The notes below the pieces were generated by a model. It was not told where the DNA came from and did not search any database. It saw only the letters and a list, made by a program, of their open reading frames with translations. The translations under genes were made by a program, and so were the position numbers. A DNA stretch of 59,966 bases, taken from positions 1-59,966 of the forward strand of contig CAAGJS010000088.1 in assembly GCA_900770275.1 (NCBI GenBank), read 5' to 3'. This DNA is from Erysipelotrichaceae bacterium. GTDB taxonomy: Bacteria; Bacillota_I; Bacilli_A; Erysipelotrichales; Erysipelotrichaceae. Position 1 is the stretch's first letter. Each line of letters starts with the position of its first letter. This document shows positions 17,090 through 27,637 of the stretch, one piece after another.

Positions 17090-17902
17090 ATGGGAATTGT
17101 TGAAGTAGAAAATCTTAGCTTTTCATACGACCAGCTGCATAACGCGGTGGATGATGTGTCCTTTTCGGTTCCGGAAGGCAGCTATACGGCGATTATCGGG
17201 CAGAACGGCTCAGGCAAGTCGACGGTGGCCAAGCTGATTACGGGCTTACTGGAAAAGAAGGCGGGAAGCATAAAGATCGATGGCATGGAGCTGAATGAAG
17301 AGAATCTTCGCGCGATCCGTCAGGAAGTGGGCATCGTGTTTCAGAATCCGGACAATCAGTTCATTGGTTCGACGGTGCGGGATGATATTGCCTTCGGGCT
17401 GGAGAATCATCAGGTGCCGCAGAAGGATATGGACGGCATCATTGATACCTATGCGAAGCGGGTTCATATGGAGGATTTTCTGAACGTGGAGCCGACGCAT
17501 CTGTCCGGTGGTCAGAAGCAGCGTGTTGCGATTGCCGGCGTACTGGCGATGCATCCGAAGATTCTGGTGTTTGATGAAGCAACCAGCATGCTGGATCCGC
17601 AGGGAAAGGCGGAGATCAAGCAGGTGATCCGTTCGCTCCATGAGGATAAGAAGCTGACAATTCTTTCGATCACGCATGATATTGACGAGATTGCGGGAAG
17701 TGATTATGTCATTGCGCTTTGCGCTGGCAAGGTTGCGATGACCGGTACGCCGCAGCAGATCTTTGCGGATGAGGATCAGATTCGCAGGATTCATCTGGAT
17801 ATTCCTTTTGCGATGAAGATGGCAAAGGAGTTAAGGGCGCATGGCGTCAAGGTCGATAACTGCATTACGATGAAAGGACTGGTGGATCAGCTGTGCCGAT
17901 AG
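17090..17902 (+). CDS. ecfA1: ECF transporter ATPase EcfA1
   Basis: GQNGSGKST, FQNPDNQF, LSGGQKQR and DEATSMLDP motifs. Confidence 0.94.
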   Translation: MGIVEVENLSFSYDQLHNAVDDVSFSVPEGSYTAIIGQNGSGKSTVAKLITGLLEKKAGSIKIDGMELNEENLRAIRQEVGIVFQNPDNQFIGSTVRDDIAFGLENHQVPQKDMDGIIDTYAKRVHMEDFLNVEPTHLSGGQKQRVAIAGVLAMHPKILVFDEATSMLDPQGKAEIKQVIRSLHEDKKLTILSITHDIDEIAGSDYVIALCAGKVAMTGTPQQIFADEDQIRRIHLDIPFAMKMAKELRAHGVKVDNCITMKGLVDQLCR

Positions 17903-18753
17903 CGTTTGAACATGTAAGCCATGTGTACGGTGCGGATACGCCGTTTCAGTATGCGGCTTTGACGGATGTGAATCTGGAGTTTTCGGTCGGTAAGATGACG
18001 GCCATCATCGGGCAGACCGGTTCGGGGAAAAGTACCCTTGTGCAGCATCTCAACGCTTTGTTACTGCCGACGCGCGGAAAGGTGCTGGTGCTGGACAAGG
18101 TGATTGAGGCGGATCAGCCTGCCAAGGGCTTAAAGGCTCTGCGGGGGCGGGTTGGTCTTGTTTTTCAGTTTCCGGAATATCAGCTGTTTGAGGAAACGGT
18201 ATTGAAGGATGTGTCCTTTGGACCAAAAAACTTCGGCGTTTCCGAGGAAGAAGCGGAGAAGAAGGCAAGGGCGGCATTGAAGCTGGTTGGTCTGGATGAC
18301 AGCTTTCTGGAGCGCAGTCCTCTGGAGCTTTCGGGCGGTCAGAAGCGGAGGGTTGCGATTGCCGGCATTCTGGCGATGGATCCGGAGGTGATTGTGCTCG
18401 ATGAGCCGACGGCTGGCCTGGATCCGGAAGGTACGCTGGAGATGATGAAGCTCTTCTTGAATCTCAATAAGAAGATGGGCAAGACGGTTCTGATCGTTAC
18501 CCACGATATGGAGCAGGTGTTTTCGTTCTGTGACGAGGTGGTCGTGATGGAACATGGGCAGCCGCGCATTCATACGAGTGTGAAGGAGTTTTTCCGTGAC
18601 GGCAGCCTGTGCCGTGAGATGAACATTCTTCCGCCGGCTCTGATTCAATTCAAGGAACAGCTGAGGGAAGCGGGCTATTCGATCAGCGATGATGCGATGA
18701 CGATGGATGCGGTGGCATCGGAAGTTGCGAGGCAGGTGAAACATCATGGGTAA
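17893..18753 (+). CDS. ecfA2: ECF transporter ATPase EcfA2
   Basis: GQTGSGKST, FQFPEYQLFEE, LSGGQKRR and DEPTAGLDP motifs. Confidence 0.94.
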   Translation: MPIAFEHVSHVYGADTPFQYAALTDVNLEFSVGKMTAIIGQTGSGKSTLVQHLNALLLPTRGKVLVLDKVIEADQPAKGLKALRGRVGLVFQFPEYQLFEETVLKDVSFGPKNFGVSEEEAEKKARAALKLVGLDDSFLERSPLELSGGQKRRVAIAGILAMDPEVIVLDEPTAGLDPEGTLEMMKLFLNLNKKMGKTVLIVTHDMEQVFSFCDEVVVMEHGQPRIHTSVKEFFRDGSLCREMNILPPALIQFKEQLREAGYSISDDAMTMDAVASEVARQVKHHG

Positions 18754-19546
18754 TGTGACACTTGGCCGTTATATTCCGCTGGATTCGCCGATTCATAAGA
18801 TGGATCCGCGGGCGAAGATCGGGGCCATGTTATTGATGCTGGTGGCGATCTTCTTTCCGGCGGGCTGGATTGGCTATGCGGTGCTGTTTGCGGCATGTAC
18901 GGTGCTGATTCTTTCGGCGAAGCTGAGCTTCCGCTATGTGTGGAAGAGTCTGAAGCCGATGCTGGTGATGATGTGCTTCCTTCTGATCATCAACATTTTG
19001 GTGGTCAAGACGGGTACGGTTCTCTTTACGATCGGTTCGTTTTCAGTTTACAGTGAAGCAATTCTGCAGACGGCGTATATTGTGGTGCGTCTGTTATTGA
19101 TGATCATGGTGACAACGACATTGACGGCGACGACGAAGCCGCTGGATATGACGCTTGGCATTGAGGATCTTCTGCAGCCGTTTGGGAAGATCGGTGTTCC
19201 GTATCATGAGATTGCGATGTTAATCAGTATTGCGCTGCGATTCATTCCGGATCTGATTGATGAGACGAACCGGATCCTGAAGGCGCAGGAGTCGCGCGGC
19301 GTCGATATGCAGGAAGGCAAGCTGAAGGAGAAGATCATGGCGATTCTTTCGCTGATCGTTCCTCTGTTTGTATCGGCGTTTCAGCGTGCGGAGGATCTTG
19401 CCAATGCGATGGAGGCACGCGGCTATGCGCCAGGCGAGCCTCGTACGCGCTACAAGGTGCTGAAGATGCGGGGCTCTGACTGGGTTCTGCTCGGTTTTGC
19501 GGCGGGTCTGCTGGTGCTGATGATTGTCTTTGCCTATGCGCTATAA
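18746..19546 (+). CDS. ecfT: ECF transporter transmembrane component EcfT
   Basis: DPRAK, IALRFIP, AQESRG and AMEARGY motifs. Confidence 0.94.
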   Translation: MGNVTLGRYIPLDSPIHKMDPRAKIGAMLLMLVAIFFPAGWIGYAVLFAACTVLILSAKLSFRYVWKSLKPMLVMMCFLLIINILVVKTGTVLFTIGSFSVYSEAILQTAYIVVRLLLMIMVTTTLTATTKPLDMTLGIEDLLQPFGKIGVPYHEIAMLISIALRFIPDLIDETNRILKAQESRGVDMQEGKLKEKIMAILSLIVPLFVSAFQRAEDLANAMEARGYAPGEPRTRYKVLKMRGSDWVLLGFAAGLLVLMIVFAYAL

Positions 19547-20555
19547 ATGTACGGTTTCCTATATTGGGAAGAACTACTGCGGGTGGCAATCGCAGCGTAA
19601 CGGCGACAGTATCCAGGAACAGATTGAGCATGCGCTGTACCGTCTGACGGGGCAGAAGGTGAACATTCTTGCGTCCGGGCGGACGGATAAAGGTGTCAAT
19701 GCGTCTGGCCAGGTGTTCCATTTTGATACGGACAAGGTGATGCGTCCGCGCAAGTGGCAGGGTGCGATCAATGCCTTTCTGCCGGATGATATTCATATCT
19801 GCAGCGTAGAAGAAGCTGGGCCGCACTTTCATGCGCGCTATTGTGTGCGTAAGAAGACATATGCGTATCGGATTCACTTTGGTGAGGCGGATGTGTTTTC
19901 CAGGGAATATGCCTATCAGTGTCCGTATGCAGTCGATGTCGGGAAGATGAAGGATGCGGCAAAATATCTGGTTGGGAAACACGACTTTGCGGCATTATGT
20001 TCAAACTCGTTCAAAGAGACGCCGGATCAGGTGCGTACGATCTACGATATTTCCTTCGAGAAAGAAAGGGATATGTTGACGATCCGCTTTACCGGCGATG
20101 GCTTTCTGCGCTATCAGGTGCGGATGATGAGTGCGCTTCTTCTTGAAATCGGCCAGGGCAGAAGGAAGGCGGAAGATATTCCGGTGATCCTGGCGAGCCG
20201 CTCGAAGCGCCTTGCCCGGAAGAATGCGCATCCGGAAGGTCTGACGCTGGAAAAGGTGGAATACTTCCGTATCCTTGCCGAGTCAGAGTCGACCGTCGTC
20301 AAGGAAGTGACCGAGGAATATCCAAAGATCTATGAGAAATACGGCGGCTGCGACAGGGAACAGTATGTGATTGCGGACCGTCATCTGCCAATCGTGTTCG
20401 GAATGGTGACGGTAAACAATGAAGAGGCAGAAATTGATCTGTTTTCTTCCGAATACAGAGAGAAAACTGACACCGTTTTTGAAGAACTGGCAGGGGTGTT
20501 TGAAGGGCGGAAAATCCGCTTAAAATACGGCTCAAACATTGTAAAAATGGATTGA
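19536..20555 (+). CDS. truA: tRNA pseudouridine(38-40) synthase with a C-terminal extension
   Basis: GWQSQ, SGRTDKGVNA, FHARY and GFLRYQVR motifs; ATG at 19536 preferred. Confidence 0.93.
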   Translation: MRYKCTVSYIGKNYCGWQSQRNGDSIQEQIEHALYRLTGQKVNILASGRTDKGVNASGQVFHFDTDKVMRPRKWQGAINAFLPDDIHICSVEEAGPHFHARYCVRKKTYAYRIHFGEADVFSREYAYQCPYAVDVGKMKDAAKYLVGKHDFAALCSNSFKETPDQVRTIYDISFEKERDMLTIRFTGDGFLRYQVRMMSALLLEIGQGRRKAEDIPVILASRSKRLARKNAHPEGLTLEKVEYFRILAESESTVVKEVTEEYPKIYEKYGGCDREQYVIADRHLPIVFGMVTVNNEEAEIDLFSSEYREKTDTVFEELAGVFEGRKIRLKYGSNIVKMD

Positions 20556-20580
20556 CGAATAAGGGTGTGCTATCTAAAAT
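20552..20580 (+). promoter_or_regulatory. Sigma-A promoter of rplM-rpsI
   Basis: TTGACG-N17-TAAAAT. Confidence 0.75.
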
Positions 20581-20589
20581 AATAGACGG

Positions 20590-20640
20590 CTATCCGAGCC
20601 GAAGATTGTAGCCCCGGTAAAGTTACAAATCGGAAAAACT
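20590..20640 (+). promoter_or_regulatory. L13 leader-like RNA element
   Basis: Hairpin CCGA..TTGTAGC-CCCGGTAAA-GTTACAA.TCGG containing the AGCCCCGG core typical of Firmicute rplM leaders. Confidence 0.6.
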
Positions 20641-20654
20641 GGAGGATAAGGTTT

Positions 20655-21092
20655 ATGATGCGTCAGACAACAATGGCGAAGCCTGCAGAGATGAAGAAGG
20701 TGTGGTATGTCGTTGATGCGACAGATTGCACGCTCGGCAGACTTGCAACACAGGTAGCGAACGTATTGCGCGGCAAGAACAAGCCGATCTTCACTCCGAA
20801 TGTTGACTGCGGTGACTATGTGATCGTTGTCAATGCGGACAAGGTAAAGATCACCGGCGATCAGGATGCTAAGAAGATGTATTTCTCTCATTCGATGTGG
20901 CCGGGTGGACTTCGCGTTCGTTCGACCAAGGTAATGCGTGAGCAGTACACGGTTGAATGGGTCGAGAAGGCTATTAAGGGCATGCTGCCGCACAACAAGC
21001 TGGGTGATGTGCAGAGAACTCATCTGTTTGTGTATGAGGGACCGGATCATCCGCACGCTGCGCAGAAGCCGATCGAGCTTAAGGTGAAGTAA
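20655..21092 (+). CDS. rplM: 50S ribosomal protein L13
   Basis: WYVVDA, LGRLA, LRGKNKP.FTP.VDCGD and HAAQKP motifs. Confidence 0.98.
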   Translation: MMRQTTMAKPAEMKKVWYVVDATDCTLGRLATQVANVLRGKNKPIFTPNVDCGDYVIVVNADKVKITGDQDAKKMYFSHSMWPGGLRVRSTKVMREQYTVEWVEKAIKGMLPHNKLGDVQRTHLFVYEGPDHPHAAQKPIELKVK

Positions 21093-21105
21093 GGAGTAAA
21101 AGACT

Positions 21106-21513
21106 ATGGCAACCAAGAAGAAGAATACAGTTACGTATATTGGAACAGGCCGTCGTAAGACGTCTGTAGCCCGTGTCTTCATGACTCCGGGTACTGGTGT
21201 GATCACAGTCAATGGCAAGTCTCTGGAAGAGTATCTGCCGCAGGCTGTTCTTCGCATGGAAGTAAACAGCCCGCTCGTTCTGACTGAGACTCAGGGACAG
21301 TTCGATATCAAGATCAACGTCGTTGGCGGCGGTTATGCCGGCCAGGCAGGCGCGATCCGTCATGGTATCTCCCGTGCTCTGCTTGAGGCTTCGGCGGATT
21401 ATCGTCCGATCCTGAAGAAGGCTGGATTCCTGACCCGTGATTCCCGTGAGAAGGAACGTAAGAAGTACGGTCTCAAGGCAGCTCGTCGCGCTCCGCAGTA
21501 CAGCAAGCGTTAA
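21106..21513 (+). CDS. rpsI: 30S ribosomal protein S9
   Basis: [20 protein letters not shown] and [19 protein letters not shown] motifs. Confidence 0.98.
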   Translation: MATKKKNTVTYIGTGRRKTSVARVFMTPGTGVITVNGKSLEEYLPQAVLRMEVNSPLVLTETQGQFDIKINVVGGGYAGQAGAIRHGISRALLEASADYRPILKKAGFLTRDSREKERKKYGLKAARRAPQYSKR

Positions 21514-21526
21514 TCAGTTTGTCTGG

Positions 21527-21555
21527 AAGCTCGCAGAAATGCGGGCTTTTCTTTT
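21527..21555 (+). terminator. Terminator of rplM-rpsI
   Basis: AAGCTCGCA-gaaa-TGCGGGCTTTTCTTTT. Confidence 0.8.
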
Positions 21556-21821
21556 GGCTGCGTGATAATGACGCTCTTTCCTGTGCCGAGTTGTCACATT
21601 TTTCTTTGAAAATATAAGAGGTATTAGAGTGCAGTTTGACCATTTTGTGGTGAAAGAAGCGGACCCGTTTTTGGTTTTGTCGCGTCCTGAAATTGTTGCT
21701 CATCGATCCACAGTTATGGTGTCAACTATTGGAGCAAAGGTTAGATACGGGTTATTTCCGGATCGCGTCGGATTGCAATTCTTACTGTTAAGGGATGTAA
21801 TATGATCTAGAGGTAATTGAT

Positions 21822-23999
21822 ATGAAATGCAATCATTGCGGGCAAGATATTCCAGATGGTTCTCTTTACTGCATCAAATGCGGGGAACAAGCACAGCCAG
21901 AATCATTTTACGAAAAGCGGAATCAGAGACTCTCTGCATATTGGGAAAGTTATCAGCGCGATCAACAAGAAGCTGAGGATACATTATTGAAAGCAGAAAA
22001 AGGCGATACTGAAGCACAGATTGAGCGCGGCAATTATTTAGCCTATGGTCTGGAGGATGGCGAGGAAAAACCGAAAGAAGCAATCCAATGGTATCAAAAG
22101 GCAGCCGATCAGGGAGATCCGAAAGCAATGATTCTGCTTGCGAATTGTTTAGGGAAAACTAACACTGTTGGACAGCTGCCGTTGGTTGAAAAGGCAATGT
22201 CTCTTAATTTCCCGCCGGCGTTTACGAAAATGGGTGATTTGTACATTGAGGGCATCGAAGTGGATGTAAACCATGAAAAGGCGCTTGAAATGTATAAAAA
22301 GGCTTATGATCTTGGCGATCCTGAAGGATTGGGAAATGTGATTTTTTTCTATCTCAATGGTGATGGAGTCCCTCATGATCTAGAAAAAGCAAAAGAAATT
22401 GCCAGGGAGGCAGCAGAGGCTGGAAGTTTCTTAGGCGAAACCGTTACCGGAATGTTTTGCTTGCGCGATGATCATGCTGAGGAAGCAGTTTCCTGGTTTA
22501 AAAAGGCTGAAAATGGCCATTTTTTTCGTACCAATGCAACAGCATGGAGCGAATTTGAAGAACAATATGGGATCTGTTATCTGCATGGCTATGGAGTAGA
22601 ACCGGACCGTAACCTGGCTTTGGAAAAGTTTATGTCTGGTGTGCAGGAGAGCGTAATCTGTCAGCTATATTCGGGGTTGCTGCTTGAAGATAGAACGATA
22701 GACCCGGAACCGGATTATGGACAATCGTTTAGTTATTATCTTCGGGCACTCGATGAGAAGGATCCCATTGCGAAATTTGTTCTAGGTTATCATTTGGAAA
22801 ATGGCTTGGGAACGGAAATTGATCTTGATATGGCGAATGGGCTTTATCGTGATTCGGCTGAGAACGGTTGTGTTCTTGCTCAATGGAAGATGTCAGAATT
22901 ATTTCAAAAAGGAATTGGAGTTGAAAAAGATCCGGAAACAAGTGCTGAATGGAGAAGAATCGCAGAAAATGGCAACCTCAGTTTATTTGAAGAAGATTTC
23001 ATGGCTGTATTTCCCTGTGATTTTGTCGAGCAAACTAAGGTTGATCGAGAATCCTCTAATGACTTGAGGAATTTTAAAGAAGAAATCTCCAAGGCCATGG
23101 GAAGTGATTGTGAAGTCACATCCATATCCCAGTCAGATATACAGGATGGCGAAATTTTCAATAAAATAACAATAAAAAGTTCTATCGGAACGGAAGGAGC
23201 CCCAAGACTAGTTTCAGAGATGGCAAACAATGGCTGCCGTATTTTGAGATTGGAAAAGTCTTTGACCGGTGTGAGTGTTATTGAATGTTTTGAAAATCTG
23301 CGGATGGAATTCAAAGATAAAGGCTTTGTTCCAGTAATTTTGAATAAGGAAGAAGACTTGCAGGATTATTCTGATATTTTCGATATTCCTTTTGATGATG
23401 GATACTATAAAGCTCTGATAAAGAAATTGGACTTCGCATCTCGTTCAGTATCAGATGATCGGTGGTCAAAAATTACACTTACCAAATACTTCATGAAAGG
23501 AATAGCTGACACAAGTATAGTGCAGGAAAAACTCACCGCTCTCAATCCACTTTCTGATGAAGAATTTGCTGATATTAAAAAGCAGTATATGAACGAACCA
23601 AATGTCCTTGATGACGATAGTGATTTAAGAATTTCAGTAGATGACATTATTGCATTGATACCAGCCCGGGAAGAAGACGTTATGGAATGGATCCCATTTG
23701 GTCTGTTCAATGATTGCCCATCTCCTGAAAATCATGTAGCTTTTTCGAGGATGCTTTTTCAAAAATATGGGGCGTTTGTGCTGAAAGTCTGGGATGGAGC
23801 AATTTATTACTACTTTCCGACCCCGATTGTACAGAAAGAAGCTATTGATGATCTTTCCGCTGAACTTTTGCAAAGAGATGAAGAAAATTTTGGCGACATG
23901 AAGGATACCGAAGAGAAATTATTCGGGAAAAAGGTTTTGAAGCTTTCATGGCTTCGTTTTGAGGAAGGCGGTTCATTTCTTTGGAATAAGGCACAATAG
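21822..23999 (+). CDS. Zinc-ribbon + Sel1-repeat + DUF4253-like protein
   Basis: CNHCG..CIKCG ribbon; several Sel1 repeats (AIQWYQKAADQGDPKA etc.); C-terminal PFGLFNDCPSPE..QKYGA resembling DUF4253; visibly AT-richer than the flanks. Confidence 0.8.
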   Translation: MKCNHCGQDIPDGSLYCIKCGEQAQPESFYEKRNQRLSAYWESYQRDQQEAEDTLLKAEKGDTEAQIERGNYLAYGLEDGEEKPKEAIQWYQKAADQGDPKAMILLANCLGKTNTVGQLPLVEKAMSLNFPPAFTKMGDLYIEGIEVDVNHEKALEMYKKAYDLGDPEGLGNVIFFYLNGDGVPHDLEKAKEIAREAAEAGSFLGETVTGMFCLRDDHAEEAVSWFKKAENGHFFRTNATAWSEFEEQYGICYLHGYGVEPDRNLALEKFMSGVQESVICQLYSGLLLEDRTIDPEPDYGQSFSYYLRALDEKDPIAKFVLGYHLENGLGTEIDLDMANGLYRDSAENGCVLAQWKMSELFQKGIGVEKDPETSAEWRRIAENGNLSLFEEDFMAVFPCDFVEQTKVDRESSNDLRNFKEEISKAMGSDCEVTSISQSDIQDGEIFNKITIKSSIGTEGAPRLVSEMANNGCRILRLEKSLTGVSVIECFENLRMEFKDKGFVPVILNKEEDLQDYSDIFDIPFDDGYYKALIKKLDFASRSVSDDRWSKITLTKYFMKGIADTSIVQEKLTALNPLSDEEFADIKKQYMNEPNVLDDDSDLRISVDDIIALIPAREEDVMEWIPFGLFNDCPSPENHVAFSRMLFQKYGAFVLKVWDGAIYYYFPTPIVQKEAIDDLSAELLQRDEENFGDMKDTEEKLFGKKVLKLSWLRFEEGGSFLWNKAQ

Positions 24000-24511
24000 A
24001 CCATAGAGACACTATGGCATCTTTCAACAGCATTGCAGGAAACTACTACCTATACATTGCATTGTGACAGCCAAATATTTATCGAACGCAAGATAGATAA
24101 AAAGTGGGTTGATGGACAGCATGATGTTTTTACAGAGCAATATTCTACTGGGCGTGAAATTCTGAATAACCTTTATGAAGTTGGTCTATCGTCGGCCCGG
24201 GTTGTTTGTCCCTGGACTGCTCTTAATCATTTGCATTAATCAAAGAAAGAAAATGTCCCGAAGTAACCTTTTGTCTGGACGATAAATATTCTGGGACCTT
24301 GATATTTAAAACCTGGGATAACAATCTATTTTTGAACTGAAAAAGATACCGGAGTGGATGATTTCAGATGGAAACAGATGGATTGCCCCGTTGTTTGACG
24401 GGATCAGAAGACACCAGGATGCACTGATGAATCTGCAGTATAATGGACCGCGAAACATAGATACAGGCTCCGTCCGATAACAACATGAACGGGCGAAAGG
24501 GAGCGCATTGA

Positions 24512-25294
24512 ATGACTGAAAATACGCAGTCTAACCAGCAGCACGAGAAAGTAAAGCAGACATTTGCGAGACTATTCTCTATTTCGGAGGATACGGCTTC
24601 GCATGAGGAAATCCGTGATCGATTATTGTCCGGTGGCAAAGTAACCGGTACGAATATGTGTGTCATGGTTTGTGCCATATTGATTGCTTCGGTGGGATTG
24701 CGGACAGATTCCACGGCTGTCATCATCGGTGCGATGCTTATTTCACCATTGATGGGAAGTATTCTGGCCATTTCCTATGGGACCGTTTCGAATGATCCTT
24801 ATATTGTGCAGAGACACGCAATCGGGTTTGCAATGCAGATTCTGTTCAGCGTCGTGACGGCGACGATCTATTTTTCCATTTCTTCATTGCAGGAGCCGAC
24901 CGCGCAGCTTCTTGCCAGAACTTCACCAACCATCAATGATGTGATCATAGCGGTTGCCGGTGGAGCTGCGGGAATTATCGGGCAGACGAGAAACGACAAG
25001 TTCAACAATATTATTCCCGGAGTGGCGATAGCCACAGCCCTGATGCCGCCGCTATGTACATGCGGCTTCTGTATTGCCAATGGGAAATGGCATATGCTTG
25101 CCGGTGCTGCCTATCTGTTTGTGATTAATGCATACTTCATTTTTGCGTCTTCCTGTCTGGTTCTCTACCTTCTTGAAATACCGAAAGTAAAGGAACTCAG
25201 TGGAAGGGAATGGAAAAGACTCAGACGCAAGAGTATCCGGAATACGATTATTGTATTACTGCCGGTTATTCTGATTACCTATCAGATCATTTAG
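24512..25294 (+). CDS. DUF389 family membrane protein
   Basis: IASVGL..STAVIIGAMLISPLMG, ART.PT and PGVAIATALMPPL motifs. Confidence 0.88.
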   Translation: MTENTQSNQQHEKVKQTFARLFSISEDTASHEEIRDRLLSGGKVTGTNMCVMVCAILIASVGLRTDSTAVIIGAMLISPLMGSILAISYGTVSNDPYIVQRHAIGFAMQILFSVVTATIYFSISSLQEPTAQLLARTSPTINDVIIAVAGGAAGIIGQTRNDKFNNIIPGVAIATALMPPLCTCGFCIANGKWHMLAGAAYLFVINAYFIFASSCLVLYLLEIPKVKELSGREWKRLRRKSIRNTIIVLLPVILITYQII

Positions 25295-25442
25295 AACATC
25301 CGGTCATATCAGAGAAGAATTCTGATGGAAATTCAGCTGTAGCAGGGATGACTGCTGCAGCTTTTCATTTGCAATGTCGAAAGACCTGGTCAGGCTGATG
25401 ATTCCAGGTCATAGTTAGAATTGAGAAACTGAAGCAGGGTAT

Positions 25443-26382
25443 ATGAGAATATTGGTTTATGGATGCGGGGTCATCGGATCGCTGCCTGTACATGAATAAT
25501 GCGCTGCCGGTAATGAGGTTACGGTCGCTGCCCGGGGCCGATGGAAAGAAGTACCGGAGGAAGCCGGTCTGCATCTTTTTCATGTTCTTCAGCAGAAGGA
25601 AACCGTTGATCATCCACGTATGATTGGACAGGTGTCTTCAGACATGCACTTTTACCTTGTTTTCTCCGCCATGCCGGGCTTACAGCAGGAAGCTGTTCTG
25701 GATGATCCTGCAAAGTTAATTGTCCGATGGTCGTTTTGGTTGGTAATAATCCGCTGTGTGTGCAGATGGAGGAACGAATTCATGTCTTTTCTCTAAGGAA
25801 AAAGGTACTGTTTGCATTTCAGGACAGCGTCGGTATATGCCTGGAGCGTAATGTGAAGGTGCTGCATATGGGAAAGATCGGCATGACACCTGGTTACGTG
25901 CATCAGCTGCCGGATGATCTGGACCAGTCGATGCTCTGCGCTGCCTTTGGAGGAAGTGCGTATAAGCTTTCGTGGGGTGATGATATGCAGGGATATCTCT
26001 ATACGCATGCGGCCTTCGCGATGCCGGTTGTGTATCTCTGTTATCGTATTGGGTGTGATCTGAGAAAAGCACACTCATCGGATATCAAATGCGCTGTTGA
26101 AGATGCCAGGGAAGGCTTTCCTCTGATTGAGAAAGCGGGCATGAAGATCGGCCGGCGGAAGATCAGAAATATGATCATGGCAAGTCGTGGACGATACTGA
26201 TGAATGTGATGCTGTGGGGTATGGCAAAGACCAGGATCGGGGAGTTATGCATTTCGGATCATTGCCGCCATGCGGTGAAGGAAATGCAATGGCTGGATCA
26301 GTGTCTGCTTTCTTTAGAGAAACGTTTTCCCGAGGCTGATACGGTGGAACTGGATCGTCTCTGTGGACAGATGCCTTCATAG
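25443..26382 (+). pseudogene. Disrupted ketopantoate reductase (PanE/ApbA family) gene
   Basis: ATG 25443 reads MRILVYGCGVIGSLPVHE*; after the TAA the frame continues (..GNEVTVAARG..). Further fragments lie in other frames at 25727-26200 (YLYTHAAFAMP) and 26200-26382 (SDHCRHAVKEM). Confidence 0.7.
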
Positions 26383-26466
26383 AACAGGCTCTTTTAGCTG
26401 TATGGAAAATGAAGAATTTCCATGTAATCCATCGGGAAGAAGGGACGGAATTGTCTATGAAACAGT

Positions 26467-27585
26467 ATGAAGATACTGATGATATGGGCAATGGTTCTTT
26501 CTTCCTTTTTCGTTGCAGAAAGATCATCGCCGGAAGTTTACCGGCTTTTCGTTGAAAGTGAATATGACACGGATGGGGACGGTTGGCTGGATTGTATTCA
26601 GCTGCTTGTCTTTGTGCCGGAAGGAGAAGGTTTGTTTCCGACGGTGCTTCTTGCCAATCCTTATGGGATGGGGACGGGAAACGGGATAGAAGATTCCGCA
26701 GATCATGCTTCTACTTCTACCACTTCTTTTTCTGTTTCTTCTGCTTCAAAGGTATCGATCGGCAGACGGACTGCAGAGGAATACTGCGGTCCTGATTCGG
26801 AACCTAAGGCAGCGGATCTCTGGATGAGTGAAGCAGATCACGCCCTGATCGATATTCTGCTGGAAGAAGGTTATGCGGTCGCTGCCTGTGCGGGGCCGGG
26901 CACCTTTGGATCGCAGGGCTGGAACATGGTTCTGGAGGAAGAGGAGAGGATGTCGTGGAATTGTATTTCGTCTTTTCTTTCCGGGGAAAGAACTGCGTTT
27001 CTTGAAATAGCAGGCGGCAGATATACGGATGCGTTCTGGAGCGATGGGAGACTTCTCTTTTTTGGTCACTCCTATGGCGGGGCGATTGGTCTGAGTCTTG
27101 TTCAGCGTGATCCGGATCTGTTTGATGCGATGATTCTTTCTGCGCCGGTTGTTGACTGGAAGAGCTGGTATGAGGGAGCTCTTTCATATTCAAACCGGCC
27201 CATGTCAGATCTTGCGAGGTTTGTGTCTTCGAAGGTGTTTGAGGAAGGGGAATTGGATGCTTATCAAAAGTATCTTCGCTTTCTGGATGAGGAAGTGACG
27301 AAGAAAGAAATTTGGAATGGCCGCAGCTATTTAGATATCCGTCCTTCGTGTCCGGTTCTTCTGGTACAGGGGGTGGGGGATGATGTTGTTGGGACGGCCT
27401 CGGTATATTCCCTTTTTTCTTCGCTGGAGAAAACAGGTATTCCGGTGTCACTTGTTGTGCATGGAATGGGGCATCAGTTTCCTCTTACCCGCTCTGGATT
27501 TGATTCCTTTCTCTTCAAATGGATGGATGATGCGCTGAGGACGGGAGAGGTTTCGCTTCGGATCGCTGAATTTTTTGGAAATTGA
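26467..27585 (+). CDS. Secreted alpha/beta hydrolase, S15 (PepX/CocE-NonD)-like
   Basis: Signal-like N-terminus, FVES.YDTDGDG..D, ANPY, GTFGSQG, GHSYGG nucleophile elbow, GVGDDVV and GMGH. Confidence 0.75.
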   Translation: MKILMIWAMVLSSFFVAERSSPEVYRLFVESEYDTDGDGWLDCIQLLVFVPEGEGLFPTVLLANPYGMGTGNGIEDSADHASTSTTSFSVSSASKVSIGRRTAEEYCGPDSEPKAADLWMSEADHALIDILLEEGYAVAACAGPGTFGSQGWNMVLEEEERMSWNCISSFLSGERTAFLEIAGGRYTDAFWSDGRLLFFGHSYGGAIGLSLVQRDPDLFDAMILSAPVVDWKSWYEGALSYSNRPMSDLARFVSSKVFEEGELDAYQKYLRFLDEEVTKKEIWNGRSYLDIRPSCPVLLVQGVGDDVVGTASVYSLFSSLEKTGIPVSLVVHGMGHQFPLTRSGFDSFLFKWMDDALRTGEVSLRIAEFFGN

Positions 27586-27637
27586 ATCGGGAATTCCGCC
27601 CTGAAATTACTAAAGAACAGTGAAAGGGTAATTTCCG

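Noticed and set aside
24033..24239. 68-aa ORF after the Sel1 gene
   Set aside because: TTG start without a clear RBS and no recognisable motif; likely a gene remnant.
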